A DNA stretch of 64,000 nt from assembly GCA_016839555.1 (NCBI GenBank), contig JAEOUA010000006.1:192001-256000 (forward strand), given 5' to 3'. Shown here piece by piece: positions 30,373 to 40,925 of this stretch. This DNA comes from Promethearchaeota archaeon. Lineage in GTDB: Archaea; Asgardarchaeota; Lokiarchaeia; Sigyniarchaeales; SOKP01. Made by a program: the position numbers and the translations under genes. Within the stretch, counting starts at the first letter, position 1. Each line of letters starts with the position of its first letter. A model generated the notes under the pieces. That model was not told where the DNA came from. It searched no databases and saw only the letters and a list, made by a program, of their open reading frames with translations.

Positions 30373-31227
30373 TTATAATAAATTAAGAAATTTATGAGCC
30401 TGAATTGATAAAGAGATATTTTCTGGTGGCAAATATTTTGCTGCCCTATAAAATATTTGGTTTAATTTCTCATTTGAAATTGAAAATTTCTTTTTTAATT
30501 CTTTTTGTTCTAAATAGACGGGTTGGATTGCCAAGCCTATATGGTTACCATCTTGATATCTAATATTCGAAAGCTCGTGAGCAATCCAATCAATATCTTT
30601 AATTTTTGTGTGAGAAGTAACAATAATTTTGGTAAAGGTGAGTACATTCACAGATGTCATAGTTCTTATGAATTCTAATTCTTTTCTTACAAGTTTTTCC
30701 CATAGATTAAATTCGGCTGCTTGTGAGCTTCTATCTTTAATATCACAGCAGCAATAATTAAAGAGTTCTTTAATTTGAGCTAATTCTACTTTATTTGGTA
30801 GTACTGTAGCATTAGTTTCTAAATATAAGGGAAAATTAATACCATTTTTTTTCAATGATATTCCTATTTCTAAAAGGAACTCAAGTTGGCACATAGGTTC
30901 TCCTCCAGTAAAGCTCATGGAATGCAGATCATTCGTTATAAGGTTTTTAATAATTTTAATTAGCTCTTGGATCTTGATAGGATTATTTGCAATGGTAAAA
31001 TCTTGAGAAGAGGGTTTTTTTTCATACTGATAATGTTTCAGTTTAAAATCTTGAGAGTTGGGTGTATCACAGAAAAAGCAGCCAGAAGTGCCAAATTCCT
31101 TATTGGCAACATTACAGCCCGCAAATCTTAAAAATATCTGTTTTTTGCCAAAACAACTTCCTGGAACTGTTCCGCCTTCTCCTTGAAATGATGAGAATAT
31201 TTCCGAAAGATAGCCTTGCTTTTCCAT
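30373..31227 (-). CDS. queE: 7-carboxy-7-deazaguanine synthase (radical SAM)
   Basis: EIFSSFQGEG, FLRFAGCN...CFFCDT, FTGGEP, LETN and QAHK motifs. Confidence 0.9.
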   Translation of the reverse strand: MEKQGYLSEIFSSFQGEGGTVPGSCFGKKQIFLRFAGCNVANKEFGTSGCFFCDTPNSQDFKLKHYQYEKKPSSQDFTIANNPIKIQELIKIIKNLITNDLHSMSFTGGEPMCQLEFLLEIGISLKKNGINFPLYLETNATVLPNKVELAQIKELFNYCCCDIKDRSSQAAEFNLWEKLVRKELEFIRTMTSVNVLTFTKIIVTSHTKIKDIDWIAHELSNIRYQDGNHIGLAIQPVYLEQKELKKKFSISNEKLNQIFYRAAKYLPPENISLSIQAHKFLNLL

Positions 31228-31416
31228 CTTAGTAATTTTTTATTATCAAACTATTTTCTAATCTGCTTAAGGTAGTATTATTTATTAATGCAAATATTAT
31301 TTTAGAGAGGAAAAAAGGTGATTTTATTAATAGGTAAGTATTGAAAATGAATTAATTGAAAAATAAAAAAAAATTCAAATAAATTGAAGCAATTATAGAA
31401 AAAATGAGTTTATAGT

Positions 31417-31947
31417 TTAGGTAAATCGTTCATCTAATAAGACTCCACAATTTGGGCAAAATTTCTTTTTTCTCTCAAACGGTTCAATCGTACCATATTT
31501 TTCTAATTGTTCCCTTAGATATTTATATATATCATGAAACATCTCATCTTCAATTGAGATTAATTCTAAGTTACCTTCTTCATATAATTTTATTTTTTCT
31601 TTCTTTCGTTCGAGATATTCCTTCCCAAAATAGCCCCAATATTCAATATATACATCAAAATCAGGTAAATACCAATCATATTTTATAATATGACCATTTA
31701 CTCTAATTTCGCCCTCGTAGATATGTTTAATCTTTAATCGGTAAAGGTAATTATCAATAATTAGTTCTCCTCGAGATTTTACAATATGCCCATCTAGGCA
31801 CTTCAATTGTTCTGGATATTCTGAAGTATCTCCTTCTTTGGAGTCCTTTAATGATTTTCCAATAAAATAATGGATTGTAGTAAATAGAAGTGTTAAAACC
31901 ACTCCACCAAAAAAGAAAAATAAAAATATTTTTCCCGTGAAATACAC
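31417..31947 (-). CDS. Membrane-anchored PD-(D/E)xK-like nuclease domain protein with C-terminal Zn ribbon
   Basis: N-terminal TM; GHIVKSRGELIIDNYL...DWYL...YIEYWG; CPNCG; start uncertain. Confidence 0.65.
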   Translation of the reverse strand: MYFTGKIFLFFFFGGVVLTLLFTTIHYFIGKSLKDSKEGDTSEYPEQLKCLDGHIVKSRGELIIDNYLYRLKIKHIYEGEIRVNGHIIKYDWYLPDFDVYIEYWGYFGKEYLERKKEKIKLYEEGNLELISIEDEMFHDIYKYLREQLEKYGTIEPFERKKKFCPNCGVLLDERFT

Positions 31948-32427
31948 CCCAAGAGATATATATAAATCAGAGTATATAAATATAATAGGACTTTTGGATT
32001 AATGGTTTGATGTAAAAAAGAAATGCAAAATCTTCTAAAAATCTTGTTCCATTTTTAATAATTTATGATTTATTTTTTGTTATTAATAATTGCGTACATC
32101 TTAATTAACTTCAAGATATTTTTCTGGCTCCTTTTGCATAACTTTATATATTATATCTATTACCTTTTCTATCCCCCCAGCAGAATTAATTTCTTCCTCA
32201 ATTTTTTGAGAATTCTATATTTCATCCTATTTAATCGAGAATATGAGATTCTAACTTAAAATGATTTACTTTATAAAATATTAAATTCAAAGTATTAAGA
32301 TTTAAGAATTAATAGTCTGGAAGTGAAAGTGTAAAAAAAAGGAGAAACTAGGAATATAACAAGGAATTTATATTATATCATTATAATTATATATGTAGAG
32401 AATGAGAAAACAGAGTTAAGAATAATT

Positions 32428-32718
32428 TTGACCATGAAAGAGGATTCCGAAATAATATCTAAGAAAGAGCTGTATAAAATAAGAATAAAAAAGATTAAAA
32501 ATGAAATCTCGGCAGCAAACAAACTTTTAAAACAAAATATTGAACCACTTGAGATTGCCGATAAATTTTTACATGAGTCATTTAAAATAATGAAAGAGGG
32601 ACTATCAAATCGATATCCGAAACTTTCCGAACAAGAAATAAACCAAAAAATACGTAATATTCTTTCTCTTCAAGAAAAAATTAAAATTTATCAAAAAAAA
32701 GTGAAAAATTCTGGCTGA
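32428..32718 (+). CDS. Small helical protein, putative partner of downstream nucleotidyltransferase
   Basis: GLSNRYPKLSEQEI motif; overlaps downstream ORF start. Confidence 0.55.
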   Translation: MTMKEDSEIISKKELYKIRIKKIKNEISAANKLLKQNIEPLEIADKFLHESFKIMKEGLSNRYPKLSEQEINQKIRNILSLQEKIKIYQKKVKNSG

Positions 32719-33295
32719 ATTAGAGGATATCTTATCCAGATTAGAAAAGATTTTTACAGATATAGAACTTAAATATGTTATTGTAGGAGGGTTAGCAGTA
32801 ATTCATTATGGACATATAAGAGCCACCCAATATATTGATCTCATTATTGAGGATAATCCTTCTAAATTTTCAAAGTTTTTAAAATTACTCCAATCATATG
32901 GATTTGATGTGATGCATGATCAATTTCAAATGGCTTATCAGGAAAAAACAAATTTTTCTATTTTTGACAAAAAAAGTTTCTTAAGATTAGATATTAAGGT
33001 CGCTTATAAGCAGAGAGAGCATGAAGTGTTAAATAATGCAATTCAGGACAGTATTTTAGGAAAAAAATTATGGATCGCTCCTTTAGAATATATATTAATT
33101 GGAAAAATATTATATATAGGACAAATTGCAGATATTCCTAAATCTGAACTATTAGAATATCAAGATATTATTGATTTTTTAACTCTTTTTCATGCCAATA
33201 GGGAAAAGCTAGATATTAAGTTTTTAAAAAAGAAAGTAAAGGACATGAATCTAGAAAAAACATTTATAAAATTGCTTAAAATAGAGTTTGAATAG
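32711..33295 (+). CDS. Nucleotidyltransferase-fold protein (DUF6036/AbiEii-like), likely CTG start
   Basis: In-frame 66-codon extension upstream of the tracked ORF: LAELEDIL...YVIVGGLAVIHYGHIRATQYIDL. Confidence 0.75.
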   Translation: MAELEDILSRLEKIFTDIELKYVIVGGLAVIHYGHIRATQYIDLIIEDNPSKFSKFLKLLQSYGFDVMHDQFQMAYQEKTNFSIFDKKSFLRLDIKVAYKQREHEVLNNAIQDSILGKKLWIAPLEYILIGKILYIGQIADIPKSELLEYQDIIDFLTLFHANREKLDIKFLKKKVKDMNLEKTFIKLLKIEFE

Positions 33296-33377
33296 ATTTA
33301 TTTTATTTTAACAAGTTCTATGTGCAAAAATTAGCGAGATTTTAAATAAAAAGAAAAAAATAAAGAAATAAAAAAAT

Positions 33378-33761
33378 TTAGAGAAAAGTAGCAATTCCTA
33401 TTAAAATTACAATCAAGAAGTAGATATAGAGAACTCTACCAAACCAGATATGAACTTTTCGAAGTTTTGGTTCTTGTCTTTTTGTAGCGAATAATCCTCC
33501 CAGGGCGGAAAAAGCCAGCAGGATAAGGCCGATTAAGCCGAGAATTGAATGGAGGAGCATAAATTTTAGACCTCCGAGCAAAATAAGACCGATCACACCA
33601 AAAATTAACGCAATCACTATAAAGATTTTATGTATTAAGAACCACTGTTTAGGTTTATGGAATGCAACAGCAATTAATGCTATTGATAAAGAAACTAATA
33701 ATCCTAACATCATAAGAAAATGCGGAGAGGTAAATAGATCAATTAAACTCATTATATGCAC
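33378..33761 (-). CDS. Small 4-TM cytochrome b561-like membrane protein
   Basis: Four TM helices, each with a His (SPH, LIH, LLH, KVHIWFGR). Confidence 0.6.
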   Translation of the reverse strand: MHIMSLIDLFTSPHFLMMLGLLVSLSIALIAVAFHKPKQWFLIHKIFIVIALIFGVIGLILLGGLKFMLLHSILGLIGLILLAFSALGGLFATKRQEPKLRKVHIWFGRVLYIYFLIVILIGIATFL

Positions 33762-33974
33762 CCTATAGTTTTTTAATTAAATATTTTTATGAAGTTATTA
33801 ATTAGCTCATATTTAATCTTTTATTCTATTTTTTATAAAAGTATAAAATTTAGTGAAAAAGTCTTAATTTGAGAGATTTTATTTTCTTTTGGATAAATAG
33901 CAATTAAATTCAGAAAAAATCAATAGATTAATTAAATAAAATTTAAATTCCATGAGTTAAAATAACACTTAATC

Positions 33975-35438
33975 ATGCAAGATAAAGAAAAAATTATTCG
34001 GGAATTAAGCAAAGGATACGCTCCTCAAGGAGAAGGGGCAAAACCCCAAATCGCTAAAGTTTATGACCTTACATTTAAACCACTTGTTAATAGTAAAAAG
34101 CTGGACTTTTTTTTTGAGTTATATGAGGAGAGTGATCCTATCCTAAAGGCATGGGCATTCTTAGGAATATATCAAATTTTAGAGAATAAATCTTATGAAA
34201 CAGAAAAGACCTTAAATCTATTGCATGAAATTATCATTGATATATTAAATAAAGATCAAAATATTTCATTTTGGAGTGGATCAATTAAAACGGAAACAAC
34301 CTTACGGGAACATCATGCGAAACGGATAAGCTGGTTGGATCATTATTTTGTTTTCGAACCAGTCTTTGATTATTGTAAAGCTTCCATCGGGCAATTGGAC
34401 AATGTGATCGGAGAATTATTAGAGGATGTCCTTTCTAAGAGATCCGACTCAAGGGTAGAAGACTTATTAATTGATCATGGGAAACAGGTAAGCAAATACA
34501 ATTACGATGCAAAGCTGCATTTAATTAGGGCATTCGAGAATTTAAATCAATATTCAGAATTAAAAGAGAAACAACAGATCACAGAGATTTTTAAGCAGTT
34601 CTTACATGGACTTAAAGAGGAATTAAAAGAATTACGTGAAATAGATACTGAAGATAAGAAAAAAAGGATTTTGAATGATGAAATTATACGAATTGCTGCA
34701 AAACTGGACCTTGATTTAGAGCAGGAAACACTTTTATTTATAGAACAATTAGATCGCCCATTTAATGCATTAAATCAAGTTGCTGAAAAATACAAAGATA
34801 ATGAGCAATTCCGTTCTCTTTTATTAAAAAAAATAAAACAAACCAAGAATCGTTATTTTATTACAGATATCTTGCGAGCATTCTTGGTAATTAAGGATAG
34901 AATCGGAAATTGGAAAGAAATGGTAATAGATTATGTGAAAAAGTATGAATTAAATGATGCTGATTTAATTATTGATTTAAATAAAGCGGATCTGTTGAGT
35001 GAAGAGATGTTAGTTAATTATCTAAAAAAAGGAAGCCAGTGGCACCTCGAATTTATCCGCGAATTTTTAACCACCCATCCGGAAAAAATAAACGAATGGA
35101 AAGGGTTACGAAATGAACTTGTTTCAATTCTGCAAACTTTTAAGGATGATCAAGCTCAAGTAAGACCTGGTTCGTTATTTTATGAAAAAAAGAAGTTAGC
35201 ATTGCGATTAATCATCGATTTAAAATGGGATGAAATGATAGACTTCGCATTAAAGAATTTTGAAAAATTATCTGATGATGAACTGATGAAAATTGCACTC
35301 TTCTCAGTTATTACTTCTAGAAACAAAAAACTTCTGGATGATTTACGAGCGTTAATGGATAAGGATGAGCAAACCAAAGCATATGTCAAAAAATTCTGGA
35401 AATATCTTGAAGCTCGAGATTGGCAGTTTTTTTATTAA
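33975..35438 (+). CDS. Hypothetical all-helical (HEAT/ARM-like) protein
   Basis: 487-aa ORF of amphipathic helices; DPILKAWAFLG pattern. Confidence 0.5.
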   Translation: MQDKEKIIRELSKGYAPQGEGAKPQIAKVYDLTFKPLVNSKKLDFFFELYEESDPILKAWAFLGIYQILENKSYETEKTLNLLHEIIIDILNKDQNISFWSGSIKTETTLREHHAKRISWLDHYFVFEPVFDYCKASIGQLDNVIGELLEDVLSKRSDSRVEDLLIDHGKQVSKYNYDAKLHLIRAFENLNQYSELKEKQQITEIFKQFLHGLKEELKELREIDTEDKKKRILNDEIIRIAAKLDLDLEQETLLFIEQLDRPFNALNQVAEKYKDNEQFRSLLLKKIKQTKNRYFITDILRAFLVIKDRIGNWKEMVIDYVKKYELNDADLIIDLNKADLLSEEMLVNYLKKGSQWHLEFIREFLTTHPEKINEWKGLRNELVSILQTFKDDQAQVRPGSLFYEKKKLALRLIIDLKWDEMIDFALKNFEKLSDDELMKIALFSVITSRNKKLLDDLRALMDKDEQTKAYVKKFWKYLEARDWQFFY

Positions 35439-35487
35439 ATATTCACAAATTTAAATTATATTCTATTGAGAAAAATAGATACTAATT

Positions 35488-36435
35488 CTAATCATCAAGG
35501 GTGTCTATAAAATTCTCTAGAGAATATTTATATTGAAATCCTAATTTCTGCAATTTAGTAGTATCCGCTAGATTCCGTTTCAATTCATTAATCCCGGAAT
35601 TTTTATATTCCGTTTTTGGTTCTTTTCCAAGTTTATGAGCAATCATCTCAACCAGCGTATTTACAGAATATTCTTTAGGACCTGAGAGATTATATTCCTC
35701 ATTAAAGCATGATTGATTTCCCAAAATCAGTCGAACTGCGCTACAAATATCATTTATATGCATAAAAGCTCGGGTTTGAGAGCCATCTCCAAAAATAGTA
35801 AGAGGCTCACTAGTCTTGATTTTGTTAATAATGATACTGATAATGTTGCTTTGTTCTTTTCCATACACAGAAAATGGTCTTATAATTGTATAATTCAATC
35901 CGAATGTACCAAATACTTTTACCACTTCTTCACCCATGAGTTTAGTAAATCCATACAAATTTATGGGTTCTTTCGGAGTTTTATCATTAATAGGTAACTT
36001 ATCAGGTTTCCCATAGATTTGTCCAGAAGAGAGGTGAATAAAATGGGATATGTTATTATCTAACGCTTTTTCAGCAATAATTTTAGTTCCAAGGACATTC
36101 ACAGTAAAATACTTATGATAATTCTCTCTTATCCCCTTGCGAACGCTAGTTAGTGCAGCACAATGTATTATATAATCTATTTTTTGGAAGTTTGGAAATA
36201 TCCACCGCTTAGCTATAAAATTTTGCTCCCAAAACTCTAAATTCCCCAATGAATATCCTTGCTGCTCGAGTTTATGTTTCAGTTTCATAACTGTACTCTT
36301 TGAGCTTCCGTGTGCGATAATATTAAATTGATTATTCAAGAAATATCTGGTAAGCCAAGAACCGATATATCCCGTCGCTCCAGTAATTAAAATAGTTTTC
36401 TTTTTATTTTTCATGAGTGTAATAGTAAAAAACAA
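35488..36435 (-). CDS. NAD-dependent epimerase/dehydratase (extended SDR)
   Basis: TGATGYIG, HCAA, YGFTK and GDGSQTRAF motifs. Confidence 0.92.
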   Translation of the reverse strand: MFFTITLMKNKKKTILITGATGYIGSWLTRYFLNNQFNIIAHGSSKSTVMKLKHKLEQQGYSLGNLEFWEQNFIAKRWIFPNFQKIDYIIHCAALTSVRKGIRENYHKYFTVNVLGTKIIAEKALDNNISHFIHLSSGQIYGKPDKLPINDKTPKEPINLYGFTKLMGEEVVKVFGTFGLNYTIIRPFSVYGKEQSNIISIIINKIKTSEPLTIFGDGSQTRAFMHINDICSAVRLILGNQSCFNEEYNLSGPKEYSVNTLVEMIAHKLGKEPKTEYKNSGINELKRNLADTTKLQKLGFQYKYSLENFIDTLDD

Positions 36436-36619
36436 CTATTTATATTAAGTTAAATAAATAACCATAAGTATTATTTCTTAATTTTTTATTTTCTGCTACG
36501 ATTGAATATTTAAAAAAAAAACTAAGCTATAAATTTCGGTCTCCAATAAATATTTATGTTCTATAAACTTTTTTTCATAATAATTAAACAAAATTAGTTA
36601 GTATTCTTAACTATTAATT

Positions 36620-37207
36620 GTGAAAAAGATGAGAGCATTACTTTTAAATGGCACAATAGATACAAATCCAGAAATCGAGAAAATTCATAATATAGTTATA
36701 AATTTATTACGGCAAGCTCAGTTTCATGTGAATGACATACTCTTAAAAGAGAGAAATATTGCCCCTTGTCAAGGATGTTTTGATTGTTGGGTAAAAACGC
36801 CAGGGCAGTGTATAATTGATGATTATGGTCGGAAAATAACTGAACAATTGATACGCAATGAGTTAGTGGTTCATTTAAGCCCTATAACTTTTGGCGGATA
36901 TTCTTCGGAATTAAAAAAAGTAATAGACAGGTCCATTCCTATAGTTTTACCTTTTTTTAGAAAATTTGAAGGAGAGATTCATCATGAGCAACGTTATAAA
37001 GAGAGACCATCTCTAATTGTTATAGGGTATCAAGATAGTCAAAACTCGAAACAAGAAGAGACATTCAGAGAACTTGTCTATAGAAATTCATTAAATATGG
37101 TACCCCTAATTTATAAAGCCTTAATTTATACGAAAAATCAAGATATATCTGGTTTTCAAACTGACTTTAAAAACATTTTGGAGGAGGTAAAAAGATATTA
37201 TGAGTGA
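36620..37207 (+). CDS. Flavodoxin-like/iron-sulfur flavoprotein family protein
   Basis: PCQGCFDCWVKTPGQC and SPITFGGYS motifs. Confidence 0.85.
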   Translation: MKKMRALLLNGTIDTNPEIEKIHNIVINLLRQAQFHVNDILLKERNIAPCQGCFDCWVKTPGQCIIDDYGRKITEQLIRNELVVHLSPITFGGYSSELKKVIDRSIPIVLPFFRKFEGEIHHEQRYKERPSLIVIGYQDSQNSKQEETFRELVYRNSLNMVPLIYKALIYTKNQDISGFQTDFKNILEEVKRYYE

Positions 37208-37880
37208 AAAAGGAAACGTACTTTTATTAGTGGGAAGTCCCAGAGCAAAAAAGAGCACATCCTCATCACTTGGTAAATATCTGTGCGAAAAGTTAGAGGA
37301 GGCAGGTCTTTCAATTGAATATGGTTATATTCACAGGTTAATGATGAGAAAAGAAAAGCAAGACCAATTTATCGAAATGGTCAATGACGCCTATATGATT
37401 ATTCTATCATTTCCGCTCTACGTAGATCAATTACCAGCGCCAGTTATTAGAGCTATAGAGCTTTTATATAAAAATAAAGAAAAGATAGTAAAGTGCGAAG
37501 AGAAAAAGTTCCTTGCAATTTGTAATTGCGGTTTTCCTGAAGCTTCTCAAATTGATTTATCACTAGAGATATGCAATAATTTTTCAGATGCTATGAATTT
37601 TCAATGGAGAGGCGGAATTAAATTGGGAGGTGGAGAGGCTATTCACGGAAGGGATTTAAAAAAGATGGGGAGGATGGTTCGAAATCAAATGCAGGGATTA
37701 GACTTAGCTGCTGATGCATTATTAATCGATAAACCAATTCCTATGGAAGCTAAAGAGTTAATTTCTAAACCTATTATCCCTGCACGAATGTATAAAGTAT
37801 TGGGCAATATTGGTTGGAGAATGCGAGCGATTAAAAATTGGAACTTTTTCAATTTGAAAGAGCAACCTTATAAAGATTGA
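37200..37880 (+). CDS. NAD(P)H-dependent FMN-binding (flavodoxin-like) protein
   Basis: GSPRAKKSTS, FPLYVDQLP and NCGFPE motifs; overlaps upstream gene. Confidence 0.85.
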   Translation: MSEKGNVLLLVGSPRAKKSTSSSLGKYLCEKLEEAGLSIEYGYIHRLMMRKEKQDQFIEMVNDAYMIILSFPLYVDQLPAPVIRAIELLYKNKEKIVKCEEKKFLAICNCGFPEASQIDLSLEICNNFSDAMNFQWRGGIKLGGGEAIHGRDLKKMGRMVRNQMQGLDLAADALLIDKPIPMEAKELISKPIIPARMYKVLGNIGWRMRAIKNWNFFNLKEQPYKD

Positions 37881-38005
37881 ATATAAAGAATATTTGACCT
37901 ATAAAGTGCCAATAGATTTTCTCCTTATTTTGCTTATTTAAATATCACTATATAATTTCCATTTATTAATTTGAATCCATTTATTAATATTTGTGAGTTA
38001 AAAAA

Positions 38006-38755
38006 ATGGATTGTAAAAATTGTGGCAAATGCTGCATGGATGTCGATGCTATTTTGCTTTTACCATCAGATTATGAAAAATTAACGAGAATCGATGAAAA
38101 AATTAAAGATAAAACACAAAAGGTTTCAGATATCTTCTATCTCATACCTAATGATCATAATATTTGTCCTTATTTTGATATGAATTCAAAAAAATGTTCT
38201 ATCCATAAATTCCGCCCAAAAGTGTGTAGAGCATATCCCTTTTCTTATCGAACGCCGAGTGCGGGTCCTTCTTCTTCAGCTGTCAATTCAGTTCCGATTA
38301 ATCCTCAAAGCTTATATCTTACTCTTTGCGAGAGATTCTGGACTATCAATCAAGAAGATTATAATGAAGGCATTAAGGCCATATTTCAATTAAGAAGAGA
38401 AAAGTTCAATTTGGGAATTTTATCAGAAAAAGGAACGGCTACTGAGAAAGAAAGAGAAATAAGAGCCTTTGAACAATCATTAGACGGAGAAACAAAACAA
38501 AAGAAGTTTCCCTTTGACTTATATCTATTTATGATAGAGCAAAATAAAATGTTATTTTTAATGTTTCTGAAGCTATTTGACGCCTATTTTGATAATCCTG
38601 AAGAGCAAAAAGAAGAATATGAAGATTTTATTGAAAATTACATCGCAAAGTTTAAAGAGAATCCAAAAATACTCCAAAATGCTTTTGAAGAATTACAAAA
38701 CCGATGGAAAAAGAATAAAAAGAGATCTTTTAAGTTCTCTCTTACTTTTTATTAA
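38006..38755 (+). CDS. YkgJ-family cysteine-cluster protein
   Basis: CKNCGKCC...CPY...CSIH..RP..CRAYPF motif. Confidence 0.88.
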   Translation: MDCKNCGKCCMDVDAILLLPSDYEKLTRIDEKIKDKTQKVSDIFYLIPNDHNICPYFDMNSKKCSIHKFRPKVCRAYPFSYRTPSAGPSSSAVNSVPINPQSLYLTLCERFWTINQEDYNEGIKAIFQLRREKFNLGILSEKGTATEKEREIRAFEQSLDGETKQKKFPFDLYLFMIEQNKMLFLMFLKLFDAYFDNPEEQKEEYEDFIENYIAKFKENPKILQNAFEELQNRWKKNKKRSFKFSLTFY

Positions 38756-38791
38756 AAATAATTTTAAAAATAAAAATTAATTTTTTTAATT

Positions 38792-40852
38792 ATGAGCGAT
38801 CAAGAGTATGAATTCCAAGCAGAAATTAGAAAATTACTTGATATTTTAAGCAAGTCACTCTATAAACACAAAGAAATTTTCTTAAGAGAGTTAATAAGCA
38901 ATGCGGTGGATGCGGTAAAAAAAGTTAAATTCATTTTATTAACAAATAGGGACATTGAAGATCCAGAACAAGAGCAACGAATCGATATCTATTTTAATCC
39001 TGACAAGAATATTTTAACAGTGCGGGATTATGGAGTAGGAATGACAAAAATGGAATTAATAAACGACTTGGGTACTATTGCGGGTAGTGGTACTGAAAAG
39101 TTCATAAAAAAGCTGAAGGAAATGAGGGAAGAGGAGGAAGAAACGATCGATCTTGATATTATTGGGCAATTTGGGATCGGGTTTTATTCGATTTATATGG
39201 TTGCTAAAAATGTAAAAGTAAGGACAAAATCATATTTAAAGGAAGAAGAAGCTTATGAATGGGAATCCGATGGTACAGGGAAATTTAAAATAAGACCCAT
39301 AGAAAAGGATAAGCGGGGAACTGATGTAATTCTCTATTTCCATGAAGAAGACAAAGAATATCTTAATAGATTTAGGATAGAGAATATTATAAACAAATAT
39401 TCTACTTTTGTGCCGTTTCCAATCTATGTATATGAATTAGAAGAAGGGGAAATCCCCGAAAAAGGTAAGATTAAGGTTGAAGAAAAGGAAGGTGAAGAGA
39501 AGGAAGAAATTAAACCCATTAATAAGGTTGCTCCTTTATGGACAAAAAACAAGAATGAAATAACGGATGAAGAATATAAGGAGTTTTATCATTACGTTTC
39601 CAATCGCTATGATGACTATTTGCATGTGATTAATTATCAAGTGGGAGGACAAGTGCGTTTTCGCTCAATATTGTTCATTCCAGAATCACCCTCTCAAGAA
39701 ATATTTCTACCAGAAACGGATTATGGATTATCTCTATATTCGAAAAATGTAATGATCATGAAGAATTGTAAGGAGTTAATCCCCCAGTGGATGAGATTCG
39801 TCAAAGGTATATTAGAATCAGATGATATCCCTTTAAATATTTCCCGAGAAACCATTCAAGCAAACCGTAAAATAATGAAAATGAGTAATCTAATTGTTAA
39901 AAGAGTTATTCGAGAGTTAAAGGAAATCGCTGAAAAGGATGAAGAGAAATATCTAAAAATTTGGGAAAAATTTGGCCATTTTATCAAGGAAGGAGTTATT
40001 TCTGATGTTGCTCGAAAGGATAAACTAAAAGACCTTCTTAGAGTTAAAACTTCTAAAACAGAGAAAGAGGAATTAATTGGGCTTAAAGAGTATGTAGATC
40101 GAATGAAAGATGATCAAGAAGAGATATTTTATTTGGTAGGAGAGGATCTTGAAACAATGAAATTATCGCCACATTTAGGCTATTACGAAAAAAATAATTT
40201 AGAGGTTATTTTATTGGATGAACCTATCGATAACTTTTTAATGATGAATATCAATGACTACAAAGTAACTATAGGCAAAGAAGAAAAGGGAGAAGGCGAG
40301 GAAGAGGCAGAAGAGGAAATCAAATACATTCAATTTTCACCAATAGATGTCACCGAACGGAAAAAAGAAAAAGAGGAGGAAGAAGAGGCGAAAGAGAAGA
40401 AAACAGAGGACAAAAAAGAGGAGCTTCCTGAAAATCTACAGAAATTTTTAAAATTTGTTGAAGATGTTTTAGAGGATAAAATAATAGAAGCGAAAACATC
40501 TGATCGTTTATACGGAAGCGCATGCCGCTTAGCAAATCCCGCAGGAGGACCTACCTCGAGTCAACAGCGCGTGATACGTTATTGGACCCAAACCCAGTCG
40601 GGAAAACGCTTTAATATCCCTAAAAAAATACTCGAATTCAATCCAGAGTATCCTACAGTGAAAAAATTAGTAGAATTACATGAGAAAAACCCGGACAATA
40701 AGATCCTTAAACCGGTGATTATTCAGTTATTTGAAAATTGTCTGCTGGCCGAAGGAGATTTGCCAAATCCTTCTTCTATGGTGCCACGAATTAATCAGCT
40801 TATTAACTTTTTAATAGGCAAAGATAAAGATGTAGATACAACAGATTCTTAG
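38792..40852 (+). CDS. htpG: Hsp90 chaperone
   Basis: FQAE, FLRELISNAVDA, DYGVGM, IGQFGIGFYS and IPLNISRE motifs. Confidence 0.97.
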   Translation: MSDQEYEFQAEIRKLLDILSKSLYKHKEIFLRELISNAVDAVKKVKFILLTNRDIEDPEQEQRIDIYFNPDKNILTVRDYGVGMTKMELINDLGTIAGSGTEKFIKKLKEMREEEEETIDLDIIGQFGIGFYSIYMVAKNVKVRTKSYLKEEEAYEWESDGTGKFKIRPIEKDKRGTDVILYFHEEDKEYLNRFRIENIINKYSTFVPFPIYVYELEEGEIPEKGKIKVEEKEGEEKEEIKPINKVAPLWTKNKNEITDEEYKEFYHYVSNRYDDYLHVINYQVGGQVRFRSILFIPESPSQEIFLPETDYGLSLYSKNVMIMKNCKELIPQWMRFVKGILESDDIPLNISRETIQANRKIMKMSNLIVKRVIRELKEIAEKDEEKYLKIWEKFGHFIKEGVISDVARKDKLKDLLRVKTSKTEKEELIGLKEYVDRMKDDQEEIFYLVGEDLETMKLSPHLGYYEKNNLEVILLDEPIDNFLMMNINDYKVTIGKEEKGEGEEEAEEEIKYIQFSPIDVTERKKEKEEEEEAKEKKTEDKKEELPENLQKFLKFVEDVLEDKIIEAKTSDRLYGSACRLANPAGGPTSSQQRVIRYWTQTQSGKRFNIPKKILEFNPEYPTVKKLVELHEKNPDNKILKPVIIQLFENCLLAEGDLPNPSSMVPRINQLINFLIGKDKDVDTTDS

Positions 40853-40925
40853 ACAACATTCTTTTATAATTATTAAAATGCAAAATATCAATATTTTTAT
40901 TCATTTTAAAGACTAGTACCATTTA

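Noticed and set aside
29072-31227. Dpd DNA-modification island
   Set aside because: No dpdA/dpdB or tgt-like gene in the window; queCDE is explained by archaeosine synthesis
32040-32260. ORF 32065-32259 and a short minus-strand coding-like stretch (IEFSKIEEEINSAGG...)
   Set aside because: The plus ORF is low-complexity AT sequence; the minus stretch lacks a start and a recognisable family
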